A DNA stretch of 40,000 bases from Geitlerinema sp. PCC 7407 (GTDB taxonomy: Bacteria; Cyanobacteriota; Cyanobacteriia; PCC-7407). How positions within the stretch are numbered: the first letter of the stretch is position 1; each line of letters begins with the position of its first letter. Under the pieces are notes generated by a model that saw only the letters and a list, made by a program, of their open reading frames with translations, was not told where the DNA came from and searched no databases. Both the position numbers and the translations under genes were made by a program. Location of the stretch: NCBI RefSeq assembly GCF_000317045.1, contig NC_019703.1, forward strand, positions 3,440,934 to 3,480,933, given 5' to 3'. This document shows, piece after piece, positions 25,300 to 35,761 of this stretch.

Positions 25300-26331
25300 T
25301 TAAGCTTCGGGCAAACCCAAAAGCTGCTTGTTGCCAGGTACGACTTTACCGATTTGATAGGCCAGCAGACCTGACTGTGTGCAGTGCTGAATTACGGCTT
25401 CGGCGGCATCGGGTGGCACGATCAAGACAAAACCGATGCCCATATTGAAGGTGTTGAACATTTCAGCTGGAGCGACTTCACCCGTTTTTGCAAGCCATTC
25501 AAAAACCGGCAACACAGGCCAAGCCTGGACATCGATTTCAACTGTTTGATCGTCTGCCAAACAGCGGGGCAAATTCTCCGGCAGGCCGCCTCCCGTGATG
25601 TGAGCCATGCCGTGAATGGGGAGGCCAGACTGCCGCAAGGCGAGGATGGGCTTGACATAGATTTGGGTTGGCGTCAAAAAGACCTCGCCTAGGCTGGCAC
25701 CGCCCAGATCCGAGGGGCGATCGCCCCAATCAAAGCCGCGATCGCGCACAATCTTGCGCACGAGACTATAGCCATTGCTGTGCACGCCCGTACTGGCAAT
25801 GCCGATCGCCACATCTCCCACACACACCTGCGAGCTATTCAGCAGCGCACTCTTTTCAGCGATGCCCACACAAAAGCCCGCCACATCATATTCTCCGGGC
25901 GGGTAGAAATCGGGCATCTCCGCCGTTTCCCCACCCAAGAGCGCACAGTTCGCCAGCTCACACCCCTTAGCTACCCCCGAGACAACCTGGGCCAGCTGCT
26001 CCGGATCAAGTTTTCCTGTCGCCAGATAATCCAGGAAAAACAGCGGCTCTGCCCCGCAGGTCAGAACATCATTTACACACATTGCCACCAGATCGATTCC
26101 AATGGTGTCATGGCAATTGACCGTTTGAGCGATCTTGAGCTTGGTGCCCACGCCATCGGTTCCCGACACCAAAACCGGTTCTCGATAGCCGCTGGGGAGC
26201 TGAAACGCACCGCCAAATCCCCCCAAGCTTCCCATGACCTCTGGACGGTAGGTCTTTTCGACCATCGATCGGATGCGCTCCACAAAGGCGCGCCCCGCCT
26301 CCACGTCCACTCCCGCTTCCCGGTAATCCAT
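25300..26331 (-). CDS. purM: Phosphoribosylformylglycinamidine cyclo-ligase (AIR synthetase) PurM
   Basis: 343 aa, [20 protein letters not shown]...[13 protein letters not shown]...GGETAEMP. Full-length PurM signature sequence. Confidence 0.95.
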   Translation of the reverse strand: MDYREAGVDVEAGRAFVERIRSMVEKTYRPEVMGSLGGFGGAFQLPSGYREPVLVSGTDGVGTKLKIAQTVNCHDTIGIDLVAMCVNDVLTCGAEPLFFLDYLATGKLDPEQLAQVVSGVAKGCELANCALLGGETAEMPDFYPPGEYDVAGFCVGIAEKSALLNSSQVCVGDVAIGIASTGVHSNGYSLVRKIVRDRGFDWGDRPSDLGGASLGEVFLTPTQIYVKPILALRQSGLPIHGMAHITGGGLPENLPRCLADDQTVEIDVQAWPVLPVFEWLAKTGEVAPAEMFNTFNMGIGFVLIVPPDAAEAVIQHCTQSGLLAYQIGKVVPGNKQLLGLPEA

Positions 26332-26898
26332 AAGAATTACTAATCCTCGTCAGGCAATGATTGCCGGATTATTCTACTGCTCTCCTCCCCCTCATGGAGA
26401 GGTTGAAATTGCCGGAACGATCTTTGCAAAGAGCGATCGCATCTAGCTTGTGTCCTTTCGCACTGGTATAGAGACGTCAGTCTGCGTTTTCTGCCGAAAA
26501 GCGCAAAAAATCCCGGTTGGGCGATCGCAATTGCTTATTGCTGTTGTTCTTTAGGACACCTGAGGGAAAGATCTCTTACAGTCACTTATGGGGATTTCAA
26601 GCAAAATGACTGTAAATCTTTCGTGAAGTTTTCCCGGAGCGCTCAAGACCCGCAAACGCAATAGGAGAGAAACATTTCGCAATATTTTGACATTTTTCTC
26701 ATGTAAAGTTTCGATAAAGTTGCGAACGGTTTCAGCGATACCCTGATCCCGGGAGCAAAAAGTTCGTGTTAATCTGTTGCAGTTCCAGACCAAAAGGCAA
26801 AACCGGAACGAGTACGAGTTAGAGAGAGCGGCTGGCTGATGCACAGCGCTTTCACCTCCGCTCAAGCTCTTTTCCCCAATGCCCTTCATCGTGGACAT

Positions 26899-27966
26899 AT
26901 GAATCGAAAACTTTGGAGCGGTTTCACCACCGCCTTGCTGGTAACAGCGTTCGGCCCGCTATGCGTGGGTCACCTAGAGCCAGTCAAAGCGCTCGAGCAG
27001 GCCTCTAAGTCCAACCCATCTGCTCACACGGAAGCCACTGAGGAAGCCGAAAAGCTGGCAGAGTCTGTGGTTAAGGTTGGTACTTCCCTGTCCGATGCGA
27101 TTTCCGGTGAAAACACGGCAGCTGTTGCCAAAATCCAGGCGCACACGCTCAATGGAAAGCAGGCCGCAACTGTCTACGTTCGGGACATTCCCGTCGTTAC
27201 CTTTCTCAGCGACCAAACAGCAACGCTAGAAGTCTCGGGCCAAACCCAGTCTTCGGCAGACAGTGTCAAAGTCGCATCTACCGAGCCAGTGTTTTCTGGC
27301 AACAAAGAGCTCAATTCTTCTGAAGTTGCAGCTAATCCAAACGATCCTGTATGGCGAGCTACTGAAGCTGCCGCCCAGATTAACCAACTTCACCGCAACA
27401 ACTTTGACGCGACGGCCATCAATGTTCGCTGGGACGCCAGCCGCAAGTTAGCTGTCATTAAAGTTGGGGAGGATGAGCTGCTCCCCATCGATCGCGAGAC
27501 ACAGCTCCCTGATACGACGAAAGATCCAGACCGAGACGCGATCCAGATTACCAACCGTCTCCGTCGCTTGCTTGGAAACGCGCCCCCCGTTCAAGACATT
27601 TCCGGCAAGCCAGCTCCTGCTCCTACGACCGTTGCCCTCGGTCCTGTTCGCCTCCGATTGACCGGTCTGGCCTCCTGGTACGGCCCCGGGTTCCATGGTA
27701 ATCAGAGTGCAAGTGGCGAAGTTTTTAATCAGAATGCATTGACCGCTGCCCACCGATCGCTGCCGTTCGGCACGATGGTGCGCGTTACGAATCTCGACAA
27801 TGGTCGCTCGGTCGTTGTGCGCATTAACGACCGTGGACCCTACAGTGGCGGACGAGTTATTGATTTGTCGGCGGGTGCCGCCCAAATGGTTGGCATGATG
27901 CAAACCGGGGTCGCTCCTGTCCAGCTAGATGTTATCGATGGTCAATCTGCTACGTCGGCACGTTAG
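26899..27966 (+). CDS. rlpA: RlpA-family (double-psi beta-barrel) septal lytic transglycosylase-like lipoprotein
   Basis: The ORF is open from 26839, but the likely start is the ATG at 26899 (MNRKLWSGFTTALLVTAFGPLCVG, signal-peptide-like). C-terminal DPBB motif GLASWYGPGFHGNQSASGEVFNQNALTAAHRSLPFGTMVRVTNLDNGRSVVVRINDRGPY. Confidence 0.85.
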   Translation: MNRKLWSGFTTALLVTAFGPLCVGHLEPVKALEQASKSNPSAHTEATEEAEKLAESVVKVGTSLSDAISGENTAAVAKIQAHTLNGKQAATVYVRDIPVVTFLSDQTATLEVSGQTQSSADSVKVASTEPVFSGNKELNSSEVAANPNDPVWRATEAAAQINQLHRNNFDATAINVRWDASRKLAVIKVGEDELLPIDRETQLPDTTKDPDRDAIQITNRLRRLLGNAPPVQDISGKPAPAPTTVALGPVRLRLTGLASWYGPGFHGNQSASGEVFNQNALTAAHRSLPFGTMVRVTNLDNGRSVVVRINDRGPYSGGRVIDLSAGAAQMVGMMQTGVAPVQLDVIDGQSATSAR

Positions 27967-28332
27967 CAAGATTTTTGAGATGCCCAAGGACACAGATGCT
28001 TTGCTGAGGTTTAGTCGCTTGCGACTCCTGGGTGCATCATCCGGCGAAGCAGCCCCTTTCGCCGTCTTCATGACTAAACCACAGCTTGTTTGAGGCTAGC
28101 CCCTATCCGTAGACAGTTTTTGCAGTGTCCCAGGGCAATCGCTTGCGAGATGGGCGTCCCAGAGGATTTACCACTTACTGACTCGCTCATAGCGCACGTT
28201 ATTCAGAGAGGTGTATCTCTCTTCCGGAATAAATCAGACTCTTCCTTTAGACAGGAGTGAAGTCTAGCAGGGAAAAAGCTTGAGCTTTCTAGAAGATGTC
28301 TAGGATGCCTCTTTTAATTGATTGTTGTCTGG

Positions 28333-28367
28333 CAGCGGGCCATCTAGCGCGATCGCCCGCTGTTTTT
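28333..28367 (+). terminator. Orphan terminator-like hairpin in the rlpA-panC spacer
   Basis: Stem CAGCGGGC (28333-28340) / GCCCGCTG (28355-28362), followed by TTTTTG. The loop contains a HIP1 site. It lies 367 nt downstream of the rlpA stop, so the transcript it ends is unclear. Confidence 0.4.
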
Positions 28368-28525
28368 GCTGGCGGATTTGGGTAAGCCGTGTCGGGTGAC
28401 GGCTAGACCGCGCGATCGCCGATAGCATTGAAAGGGAAGTTGGCCAAAATTGCTGGGGAGGCGATGTGCACTACAGCGCTGAGACGGCTGATAATGATAT
28501 GGGTTTACACGGCGTCATGAAGTGA

Positions 28526-30175
28526 GTGGGGGTTGTGGTGCGACTGTTTAGTACGGTTGCAGCTTTGCGTTGCTACCTAGATCAATATCGGTTGCAACCG
28601 GAGTCGACTGATTCTTCGCAGACGCAACGGAATTTTTCTGGTCCCGGCCGGGACACTTTTCCCCAGCGAACGATTGGTTTGGTGCCGACAATGGGAGCCC
28701 TCCATGCCGGTCACTTGAGCCTCATTCAGCGATCGCGCCAAGACAACGATCTGGTGGTTGTCAGCATTTTTGTAAACCCGCTTCAGTTCGGCCCCAGCGA
28801 GGATTTCGCGCGCTATCCACGGACGCTGGAGCAAGATATGGCCCTGTGCCGCGAGGCGGGGGTCGATGTCATTTTTGCGCCGACGGTCGAGGAGCTGTAT
28901 GGCGATCGCGTGAGCTCAACGCAGATGCTGGTGGGCAGGACTCAGGTCCTGCCACCGGCAGACATGACGCAGGTCCTCTGCGGGCGATCGCGCCCGGGCC
29001 ATTTTCACGGCGTGACCACGGTGGTCACCAAGCTTTTTAACTTGGTGCAGCCAACGCGGGCCTATTTTGGCCAGAAAGATGCTCAGCAGGTGGCCATTCT
29101 TCGCCGGATGGTTCATGACCTGAATCAGCCGGTGGAGGTGGTGGTTTGCCCGATCGTGCGCGAGAGTAGCGGCTTGGCCCTCAGCTCCCGCAATCAATAC
29201 CTCAGCCCCCAGGAGCGAGACGACGCGGCAGTCCTGTATCGGGCGCTCCAGGCGGCGGTGCAGGTCGTTCGTCAGGGCACTTACGGGCGCGAAGCAATTT
29301 TGACCGCCGTCAAGCGTGAAATTGCGACGGTTCCTGCGGTCGAACTGGAATACATTGAGTTGGTTGATCCTGTTATTCTCAAGTCTTTGGATACTGTGCA
29401 AGATTCTGGGTTACTGGCGATCGCCGCGCGCTTAGGAAATACGCGGCTGATTGATAATGTGGTGCTTCGCAATCGTCAGCCCATCGTGGCGATCGACGGT
29501 CCGGCCGGCGCAGGCAAGTCAACGGTGACGCGGCGCGTGGCGGATGCGCTTGGGCTGACCTATCTGGATACAGGGGCCATGTACCGGGCGGTCACCTGGC
29601 TGGCGCTCACGACCGAAACGGCGATCGACGACGAACCGGCGATTGCAGAGATGGTGTATCGCTGCCAGATCGAGTTCCGGCTCGGGGAGGCAGACGCAAC
29701 CTCAGGGGCGATCGCAGGCCAGCGAGTCTTTATCAATGGCGAAGACGTGACTACCGCCATCCGCAGCCCCCAGGTCACTGCGCAGGTATCCGCGATCGCC
29801 GCCCAGCCCGCCGTGCGCCAAGGCCTCATGGAGCAGCAGCGGGCCTACGGTCTCCATGGCGGACTCGTCGCTGAAGGCCGAGACATTGGCACCCACGTTT
29901 TTCCCGATGCCGAACTCAAAATCTTCCTGACTGCGTCCGTACAGGAGCGCGCCCGACGCCGCCAAATTGACCTCAAAAATCAGGGCCACGGCGATATCGA
30001 TCTCGACGAGCTCGAGCGCGCCATCTACGAGCGCGACTACAAAGACAGCACGCGAGAGTCTGCTCCCTTGATCAAAGCGCCCGACGCCATCGAGATCCAG
30101 ACCGACGGTCTCACCATTGCCGACGTGGTCAATCAGATTGTCGGGCTGTATCAAGAAAGATGCGTCCAGGTCTGA
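28526..30175 (+). CDS. panC: Bifunctional pantoate--beta-alanine ligase / cytidylate kinase (PanC-Cmk fusion)
   Basis: 549 aa with a GTG start. The N-terminal half is PanC (VPTMGALHAGHLSLI, FVNPLQF). The C-terminal half is Cmk (IAIDGPAGAGKSTV, P-loop). This fusion is characteristic of cyanobacteria. Confidence 0.9.
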   Translation: MGVVVRLFSTVAALRCYLDQYRLQPESTDSSQTQRNFSGPGRDTFPQRTIGLVPTMGALHAGHLSLIQRSRQDNDLVVVSIFVNPLQFGPSEDFARYPRTLEQDMALCREAGVDVIFAPTVEELYGDRVSSTQMLVGRTQVLPPADMTQVLCGRSRPGHFHGVTTVVTKLFNLVQPTRAYFGQKDAQQVAILRRMVHDLNQPVEVVVCPIVRESSGLALSSRNQYLSPQERDDAAVLYRALQAAVQVVRQGTYGREAILTAVKREIATVPAVELEYIELVDPVILKSLDTVQDSGLLAIAARLGNTRLIDNVVLRNRQPIVAIDGPAGAGKSTVTRRVADALGLTYLDTGAMYRAVTWLALTTETAIDDEPAIAEMVYRCQIEFRLGEADATSGAIAGQRVFINGEDVTTAIRSPQVTAQVSAIAAQPAVRQGLMEQQRAYGLHGGLVAEGRDIGTHVFPDAELKIFLTASVQERARRRQIDLKNQGHGDIDLDELERAIYERDYKDSTRESAPLIKAPDAIEIQTDGLTIADVVNQIVGLYQERCVQV

Positions 30176-30204
30176 TCAAAGCCCAACGCTGCATTTTGCC
30201 AAAT

Positions 30205-30236
30205 AAAAACCGGGGAAGTTTTTCCCCGGTTTTTTC
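30205..30236. terminator. Bidirectional rho-independent terminator between panC-cmk and gltB
   Basis: AAAA-ACCGGGGAA (30209-30217) GTTT TTCCCCGGT (30222-30230) -TTTTTT. It has A-runs and T-runs on both sides. A second hairpin GAGGGGC/GCCCCTC at about 30268-30288 lies nearer the gltB stop. Confidence 0.7.
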
Positions 30237-30298
30237 GTTTGATGACTTTGATAAAAGCGATCGCTTGAGGGGCAGCTTGGCCCCTCGGCTTTAGGCGC

Positions 30299-33200
30299 TT
30301 ACTGCACCGACGTCAGCACTTTGGTCTCCGAAGGATTGGGATTGGCTTCGGGGGTTTCTGCCTCTGACGGCGGCACCACCTGCCAGAACTTGGGCAGGTA
30401 GCTGCTCCAGTCCGCCAAAATCGCCTTCGCTTTCGGGCTGCCGGTGCGCTCGGCGTGAGCCTGGATCAGGGACTTCAGCTGTTCTTCACCAGCCGCCGTG
30501 ATAACCCGCTGCACTTTCACGATTTCTGGGTTGACCTTCGTGGGGAAGGAGCCATCTTCATCGAGGAAGTAGGCTAGACCACCGGTCATGCCAGCACCCA
30601 CGTTACGACCTGAGCGGCCCAGAACAACCACAATGCCACCCGTCATATATTCGCAGCAGTGGTCTCCGGCCCCTTCGATCACGGCTTGGCCCTTGGAGTT
30701 GCGCACTGCAAAGCGCTCGCCGGCCTGGCCGTTGGCGAACAGGACGCCACCGGTGGCGCCGTAGAGGCAGGTGTTGCCGACGATGACGTTTAGAGACGGG
30801 TCGTAGGTGGCGGCGCTAGCGGGCTTGATGATGATTTCGCCGCCGTGCATGCCTTTACCGACGTAGTCGTTGGCTTCCCCTTCGAGCTTCAGGGTCATGC
30901 CCGGCAGGTTGAAGGCCCCAAAGCTCTGGCCCACAGAGCCCTGGAAGTCGAGCTGGATATGGCCTTCGAAGCCAGAGTCGCCGTACTGCTTGGCGATCGC
31001 CCCAGCGAGACGCGCGCCGATGGTGCGATCGGTGTTGACCGCCGTCAGCGACTTTTGCACGCTGCCTTGGTCGCGCACTGCCGCCTGAATGGCGGGGTCT
31101 GCTAGGAGCTGGTCATCGAGGACCGGACCGTTGCTGTGGACGCCGCCATGGTTGAGCCAAGCGCGATCGCTGCGGGTATCGGGCAGCTGGGTGATACAGT
31201 CGAGGTTGAGAGACTGGGTCTTGCTCAGGGTCAGATTGTCCTTCACCTTCAGCAGATCAGCCCGGCCGATCACTTCATCGAGGGAGCGGTAGCCCAGACG
31301 CGCCAGGAGCGAGCGGACCTCTTCTGCCACGAAGTAGAAGAAGTTCACGACGTTCTCCGGGATGCCCCGGAAGCGCTTGCGCAGGTCTTCCCGCTGGCTC
31401 GTGACGCCCACCGGGCAGTTGTTGGTGTGGCAGATTCGGGCCATGATACAGCCTTCGGCGATCATGGCGATGGAGCCGAAGCCGAATTCCTCAGCGCCCA
31501 TCAGTGCGCCAATGAGGACATCCCAGCCGGACTTGAGACCACCGTCAACGCGCAGCACCACGCGATCGCGCAGGCTGTTTTCCATCAGGACGCGGTGCAC
31601 CTCGGTCAGACCCAGTTCCCAAGGGCCGCCGGCGTGCTTGATGGAGCTGAGGGGCGAGGCACCCGTGCCGCCGTCGTGACCCGAGATTTGGATAATGTCG
31701 GCGTTGGCCTTGGCGACGCCAGCGGCCACCGTGCCGATCCCGACTTCAGCAACGAGCTTGACGGACACCTGAGCCAGGGGGTTGATCTGGTGCAGATCAA
31801 AGATCAGCTGGGCCAAGTCTTCGATGGAGTAGATGTCGTGGTGGGGCGGCGGCGAAATCAGCGTCACGCCGGGCTTCGATCGCCGCAGCATGGCAATGTA
31901 GGGGCTGACTTTCTTGCCGGGCAGCTGGCCGCCTTCACCGGGTTTCGCACCCTGGGCCATTTTAATTTCGATCTGCTTGGCGCTCATCAGGTATTCGGGC
32001 GTGACGCCAAAGCGGCCCGAGGCGACCTGCTTGATGGATGAGCTAGCGGTGTCGCCGTTCTTGAGGCCCCGCAGGTGGGGCAGCACGGGGGAGTTACCTT
32101 CGGCATCTACGTCCGAGAGCACCTTGAAGCGCACAGGGTCTTCGCCGCCCTCACCGGAGTTGGACTTGCCGCCGATCCGGTTCATGGCGATCGCCAGGGT
32201 TTCGTGAGCTTCTCGGGAGAGAGCCCCTAGGGACATACCGCCGGTGCAGAAGCGCTTCGCGATGTCAGCCACCGACTCCACCTCTTCGAGGGGGATCGAG
32301 GGGCGATCGCTCTGGAAGTCCAGCAAATCTCGCAGCGCCGTTGCCGGTCGGTTGGCCAGGTGGTTTTGGTAGACCTCATAGTGGTCGTACTGCTTGTCTG
32401 CCACGGCTTTGTGCAGAGACTTGACCACTTCCGGGCTGTGCATGTGGTACTCACCACCGGGCTTGTACTGGACAAAGCCAAAGTTCTCGAGCTTCTTGGC
32501 CGTCAGCTCTGGGAAGGCCCGCTGGTGGAAGGACAGAACTTCCTGCGCGAGTTCCTGAACGCTGAGGCCGCCCAGACGAGAGGCTGTGCCGTAGAAGCCT
32601 AGGTGCAGCAGGTCGCCGCCGATACCGATGGCCTCAAAAATTTGCGCCCCGTGGTAGCTCGACAGCAGCGAAATGCCCATCTTGGACAGAATCTTCAGCA
32701 AGCCCAGCTCCACCGCTTTGCGGTAGTTGTCTTGGGCGCCGGTCAAGGAAATCGCCTCTAGCTTGCCGCGCTCCATCAGCTTTTGGGTCTTGGAGTCAGA
32801 CCACCAGTGGCGGATGGTTTCCAGGGTGAGGTAGGGGCAGACAGCGCTCGCGCCGTAGCCGATCAGGCACGCGAAGTGGTGGGTGCTCCAGCACTGGGCC
32901 GTATCGCTGACGATGGAGGCCTTCATGCGCAGGCCCTGGCGAATCAGGTGGTGGTGCACAGCGCCCACGGCCAGCAGAGGCGGGATATAGCTGTAGCCAG
33001 CGCTTAGGCCCGCTTGACCGGCTGCATCGGCGCGATCGCTCAGGACCAGCACCTGCTTGCCGCTGCGCACCGCTTCAGCTGCCTTCTGGCACAGCGCGGT
33101 GACGGCTCGCTGCAATCCCTCAGGACCATCGGCGATCGCAAACAGCGTCGACAGCGTCTCTGTCGCAAAATCCGACCGGCGAATGGCCTCTAGCTCAGCC

Positions 33201-34975
33201 TCGTTCAGCACGGGCGACTCCAGCTTGATCAAGCGAGCCCCCTCCGCCGAGGTCGCCAGCAGGTTGTGACGTCCGCCGAGCTGCATGCTCAGGGACATCA
33301 CCAGGCTTTCCCGCAGCGGATCGATGGGCGGGTTCGTCACCTGAGCAAAGCGCTGCTTGAAGTAGTCGTAGAGCAGGCGGGGTTTGTCCGAGAGCACCGC
33401 CAGGGGAATGTCATCGCCCATACAGAAGGTCGGCTCCTTCCCTTGGCTGGCCATCGCCTCGATGATCATCTCGACATCTTCAGCCGTGTAGCCAAAGGCG
33501 GTTTGCTGCGTCAGCAGCGTCGAGGCGTCCTGCAAGCAGTTTTCCCCAAAGGATTGGGGGCTGAGGACGAAGCGGTTTTCCTTCAGCCAAGTGCCGTAGG
33601 GGTACTGAGCTGCAACCTGCTTCTTGATGTCCCAGTTCTTGAGGATTTCGCGGGTCTCCAGATTGAACGCAATCATTTGACCTGGGCCTAGGCGGCCTTT
33701 TTCAATGATTTCCGTTTCGGGCAGGTCCACTACCCCAGCTTCCGAAGACACTGCGATGTAGCCATCCCGCGTGATGCTGTAGCGGGCAGGGCGCAAGCCG
33801 TTGCGATCGAGGGTCGCGCCGACATGCTTGCCGTTGCAGAACACCAGCAGCGCCGGGCCGTCCCAGGGCTCCTGCAAACCGCTGTAGTACTCATAAAAGT
33901 CGACGATCTCGGGATGCTCGTTGAGATCGGGCTGGTTTTGGTAGGCCTCCGGCACCATCACCATGAGGGCCTCGAGGGGGCTACGGCCAGACTGAACCAG
34001 CAGCTCCAGCACGTTATCCAGGGTCGCAGAGTCGCTGTTTTCGGGATTGACGGTGGGCTTGAGCTCATCGAGGCGATCGCCCCAGATGGGGTGCGCCAGA
34101 TCCGCCTCCCGCGCCATCATCCAGTTGATGTTGCCAAGCAGCGTGTTGATCTCGCCGTTGTGACCCAGGAAGCGCATCGGCTGGGCCAGGGGCCAGCGGG
34201 GGAAGGTGTTGGTGCTAAAGCGGCGATGGTAAACCGCAAACGGACTCTCGTAGGCAGCGTCTTGGAGGTCGGTGTAGAACTCACCTAGAACCGCCGATCG
34301 CACCATGCCCTTATAGACAATGGTGCGGTTTGAGAACGAGCAGAAGTAAAAGTCTTGCTGAATTTGGGCGGCCTGCTCTCCCAGAGCCTTGCCGACGCGG
34401 CGGCGAATCAAGAAGAGCTCGCGCTCGAGGGCATCCCCTTGAAGCGTGGGGGATTGCACCAAAATTTGTTCGATCTTCGGCTGATTTTCTCGAGCCTGCA
34501 CACCCAAAATCTCGGGGCGAACCGGCACCTCACGCCAGCCGAGCACGGTCAGGCCCGAGGTAGCGCAGCTCTGCTCGACGGCTTGGCGGGCGATCGCAGC
34601 GAGCTCAGCATCTTGAGGCAAGAAAGCCATCCCCACAGCCACCTGCTCAACGGGAGGCATGGTGATCCCCTGAGCTGCACACCAGCTTTCTAGCAGGCGC
34701 CAGGGCACCGCGGTCATGATGCCGGCCCCGTCTCCAGAATCTTGGTCTGCGCTGCAGCCTCCTCGGTGCTCCAAGCAGGTCAAAGCACCCAGCGCTTTTT
34801 CCACCAGTTCATGGCTAGCCCGACCCTGCTGGTCAGCCAAGAAACCGACTCCACAGGCGTCCCGTTCTTCTACCAGCCAGCGCTGACCTGCATACCCTTG
34901 CTGGGGTTCGGGACTCTGCTGGAGAGATTGATGTGCGCTCAGATTTTCCATGATAGGAGGGTTGACTTGGTTCAT
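30299..34975 (-). CDS. gltB: Glutamate synthase large subunit (probably ferredoxin-dependent GOGAT, GlsF type)
   Basis: The ORF is open to 35041 (GTG); the first ATG is at 34975 (MNQVNPP...). The N-terminal amidotransferase Cys is in ERDACGVGF, followed by FMN/Fe-S central domains and a C-terminal GXGXG beta-helix region ([11 protein letters not shown]). No small-subunit gene is adjacent. Confidence 0.95.
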   Translation of the reverse strand: MNQVNPPIMENLSAHQSLQQSPEPQQGYAGQRWLVEERDACGVGFLADQQGRASHELVEKALGALTCLEHRGGCSADQDSGDGAGIMTAVPWRLLESWCAAQGITMPPVEQVAVGMAFLPQDAELAAIARQAVEQSCATSGLTVLGWREVPVRPEILGVQARENQPKIEQILVQSPTLQGDALERELFLIRRRVGKALGEQAAQIQQDFYFCSFSNRTIVYKGMVRSAVLGEFYTDLQDAAYESPFAVYHRRFSTNTFPRWPLAQPMRFLGHNGEINTLLGNINWMMAREADLAHPIWGDRLDELKPTVNPENSDSATLDNVLELLVQSGRSPLEALMVMVPEAYQNQPDLNEHPEIVDFYEYYSGLQEPWDGPALLVFCNGKHVGATLDRNGLRPARYSITRDGYIAVSSEAGVVDLPETEIIEKGRLGPGQMIAFNLETREILKNWDIKKQVAAQYPYGTWLKENRFVLSPQSFGENCLQDASTLLTQQTAFGYTAEDVEMIIEAMASQGKEPTFCMGDDIPLAVLSDKPRLLYDYFKQRFAQVTNPPIDPLRESLVMSLSMQLGGRHNLLATSAEGARLIKLESPVLNEAELEAIRRSDFATETLSTLFAIADGPEGLQRAVTALCQKAAEAVRSGKQVLVLSDRADAAGQAGLSAGYSYIPPLLAVGAVHHHLIRQGLRMKASIVSDTAQCWSTHHFACLIGYGASAVCPYLTLETIRHWWSDSKTQKLMERGKLEAISLTGAQDNYRKAVELGLLKILSKMGISLLSSYHGAQIFEAIGIGGDLLHLGFYGTASRLGGLSVQELAQEVLSFHQRAFPELTAKKLENFGFVQYKPGGEYHMHSPEVVKSLHKAVADKQYDHYEVYQNHLANRPATALRDLLDFQSDRPSIPLEEVESVADIAKRFCTGGMSLGALSREAHETLAIAMNRIGGKSNSGEGGEDPVRFKVLSDVDAEGNSPVLPHLRGLKNGDTASSSIKQVASGRFGVTPEYLMSAKQIEIKMAQGAKPGEGGQLPGKKVSPYIAMLRRSKPGVTLISPPPHHDIYSIEDLAQLIFDLHQINPLAQVSVKLVAEVGIGTVAAGVAKANADIIQISGHDGGTGASPLSSIKHAGGPWELGLTEVHRVLMENSLRDRVVLRVDGGLKSGWDVLIGALMGAEEFGFGSIAMIAEGCIMARICHTNNCPVGVTSQREDLRKRFRGIPENVVNFFYFVAEEVRSLLARLGYRSLDEVIGRADLLKVKDNLTLSKTQSLNLDCITQLPDTRSDRAWLNHGGVHSNGPVLDDQLLADPAIQAAVRDQGSVQKSLTAVNTDRTIGARLAGAIAKQYGDSGFEGHIQLDFQGSVGQSFGAFNLPGMTLKLEGEANDYVGKGMHGGEIIIKPASAATYDPSLNVIVGNTCLYGATGGVLFANGQAGERFAVRNSKGQAVIEGAGDHCCEYMTGGIVVVLGRSGRNVGAGMTGGLAYFLDEDGSFPTKVNPEIVKVQRVITAAGEEQLKSLIQAHAERTGSPKAKAILADWSSYLPKFWQVVPPSEAETPEANPNPSETKVLTSVQ

Positions 34976-35761
34976 ATTCAAGACCGGAGGTGACTGACTA
35001 GCTGCTATCTCGGCCTTGGTGAGGCGCTGCGACCACACCACAAGCCTTTGGTTCGAAAATCAGCGCGGAAGAGCTTTGCCGCGGCAGCAATGCAGCGCCT
35101 AGAAGCTAAGCGCTGCATGGTTAGCTATTTTTCTGTCTCAAAAGGACGATGAGGCTTGAGGGTGGCTGCGCAAGCCCAGAGCGCCTGAATGTATTGACAG
35201 AAGATTGTTGCAAGCCTGGAACTGATTGAAATTCTCTCAGCAATGCAGGCAGCCGCAAGGAAGTTGCTGGTGGCAAGCTGTTTCAACCGTAGGGTCTCTG
35301 ACAGGGCTGCGAACCGCCTCTCAACAGCTGGACCGAAGTTTCGTTGCTCAAGGCTGCGGATTGAGTAGAAGTATTATAGAAGATACTTCGGTTTCGGACT
35401 CACTCACGGCGAAAACGGTTGTTCCGCTAGCGGCTTTTTGATCCCCAAGGCAACTTCGGTAGGGATTGCGGGAGAAAGCAGCTAGACCTTTCGACGTTGC
35501 GTGATGGGCGCTACAAGCTCCAGCGAGGGGAAGCGGGCGTTGATAGCTATACAAATTATGGCAAATTCGGGCGATCGCTAGGGGAGCTAGGTCATTATTC
35601 CTTGATAGTTTGGCGCTGCTAATCAGGGCTCCCAGCGATTTTCGGGAAACTGGCCTGTATCGTTTGGTGAAGAAAAGAACTTTGTCCTGAAAGGCAGACA
35701 CAAATAATGTCTGACGGGGGTCATAACGGCCACGCCTTACGCTCCGCTGTGAGAGGTTTTC

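Noticed and set aside
26551-26898. 115-aa minus-strand ORF in the purM-rlpA spacer
   Set aside because: It has no motifs, an odd composition, and overlaps the rlpA upstream region and signal-peptide start.
30845-34993. Numerous plus-strand ORFs (up to 301 aa) inside the gltB region
   Set aside because: They all lie antisense to a strongly recognisable glutamate synthase gene in GC-rich DNA, where stop-free antisense frames are expected. Their products are low-complexity and Arg/Ala/Gly-rich.
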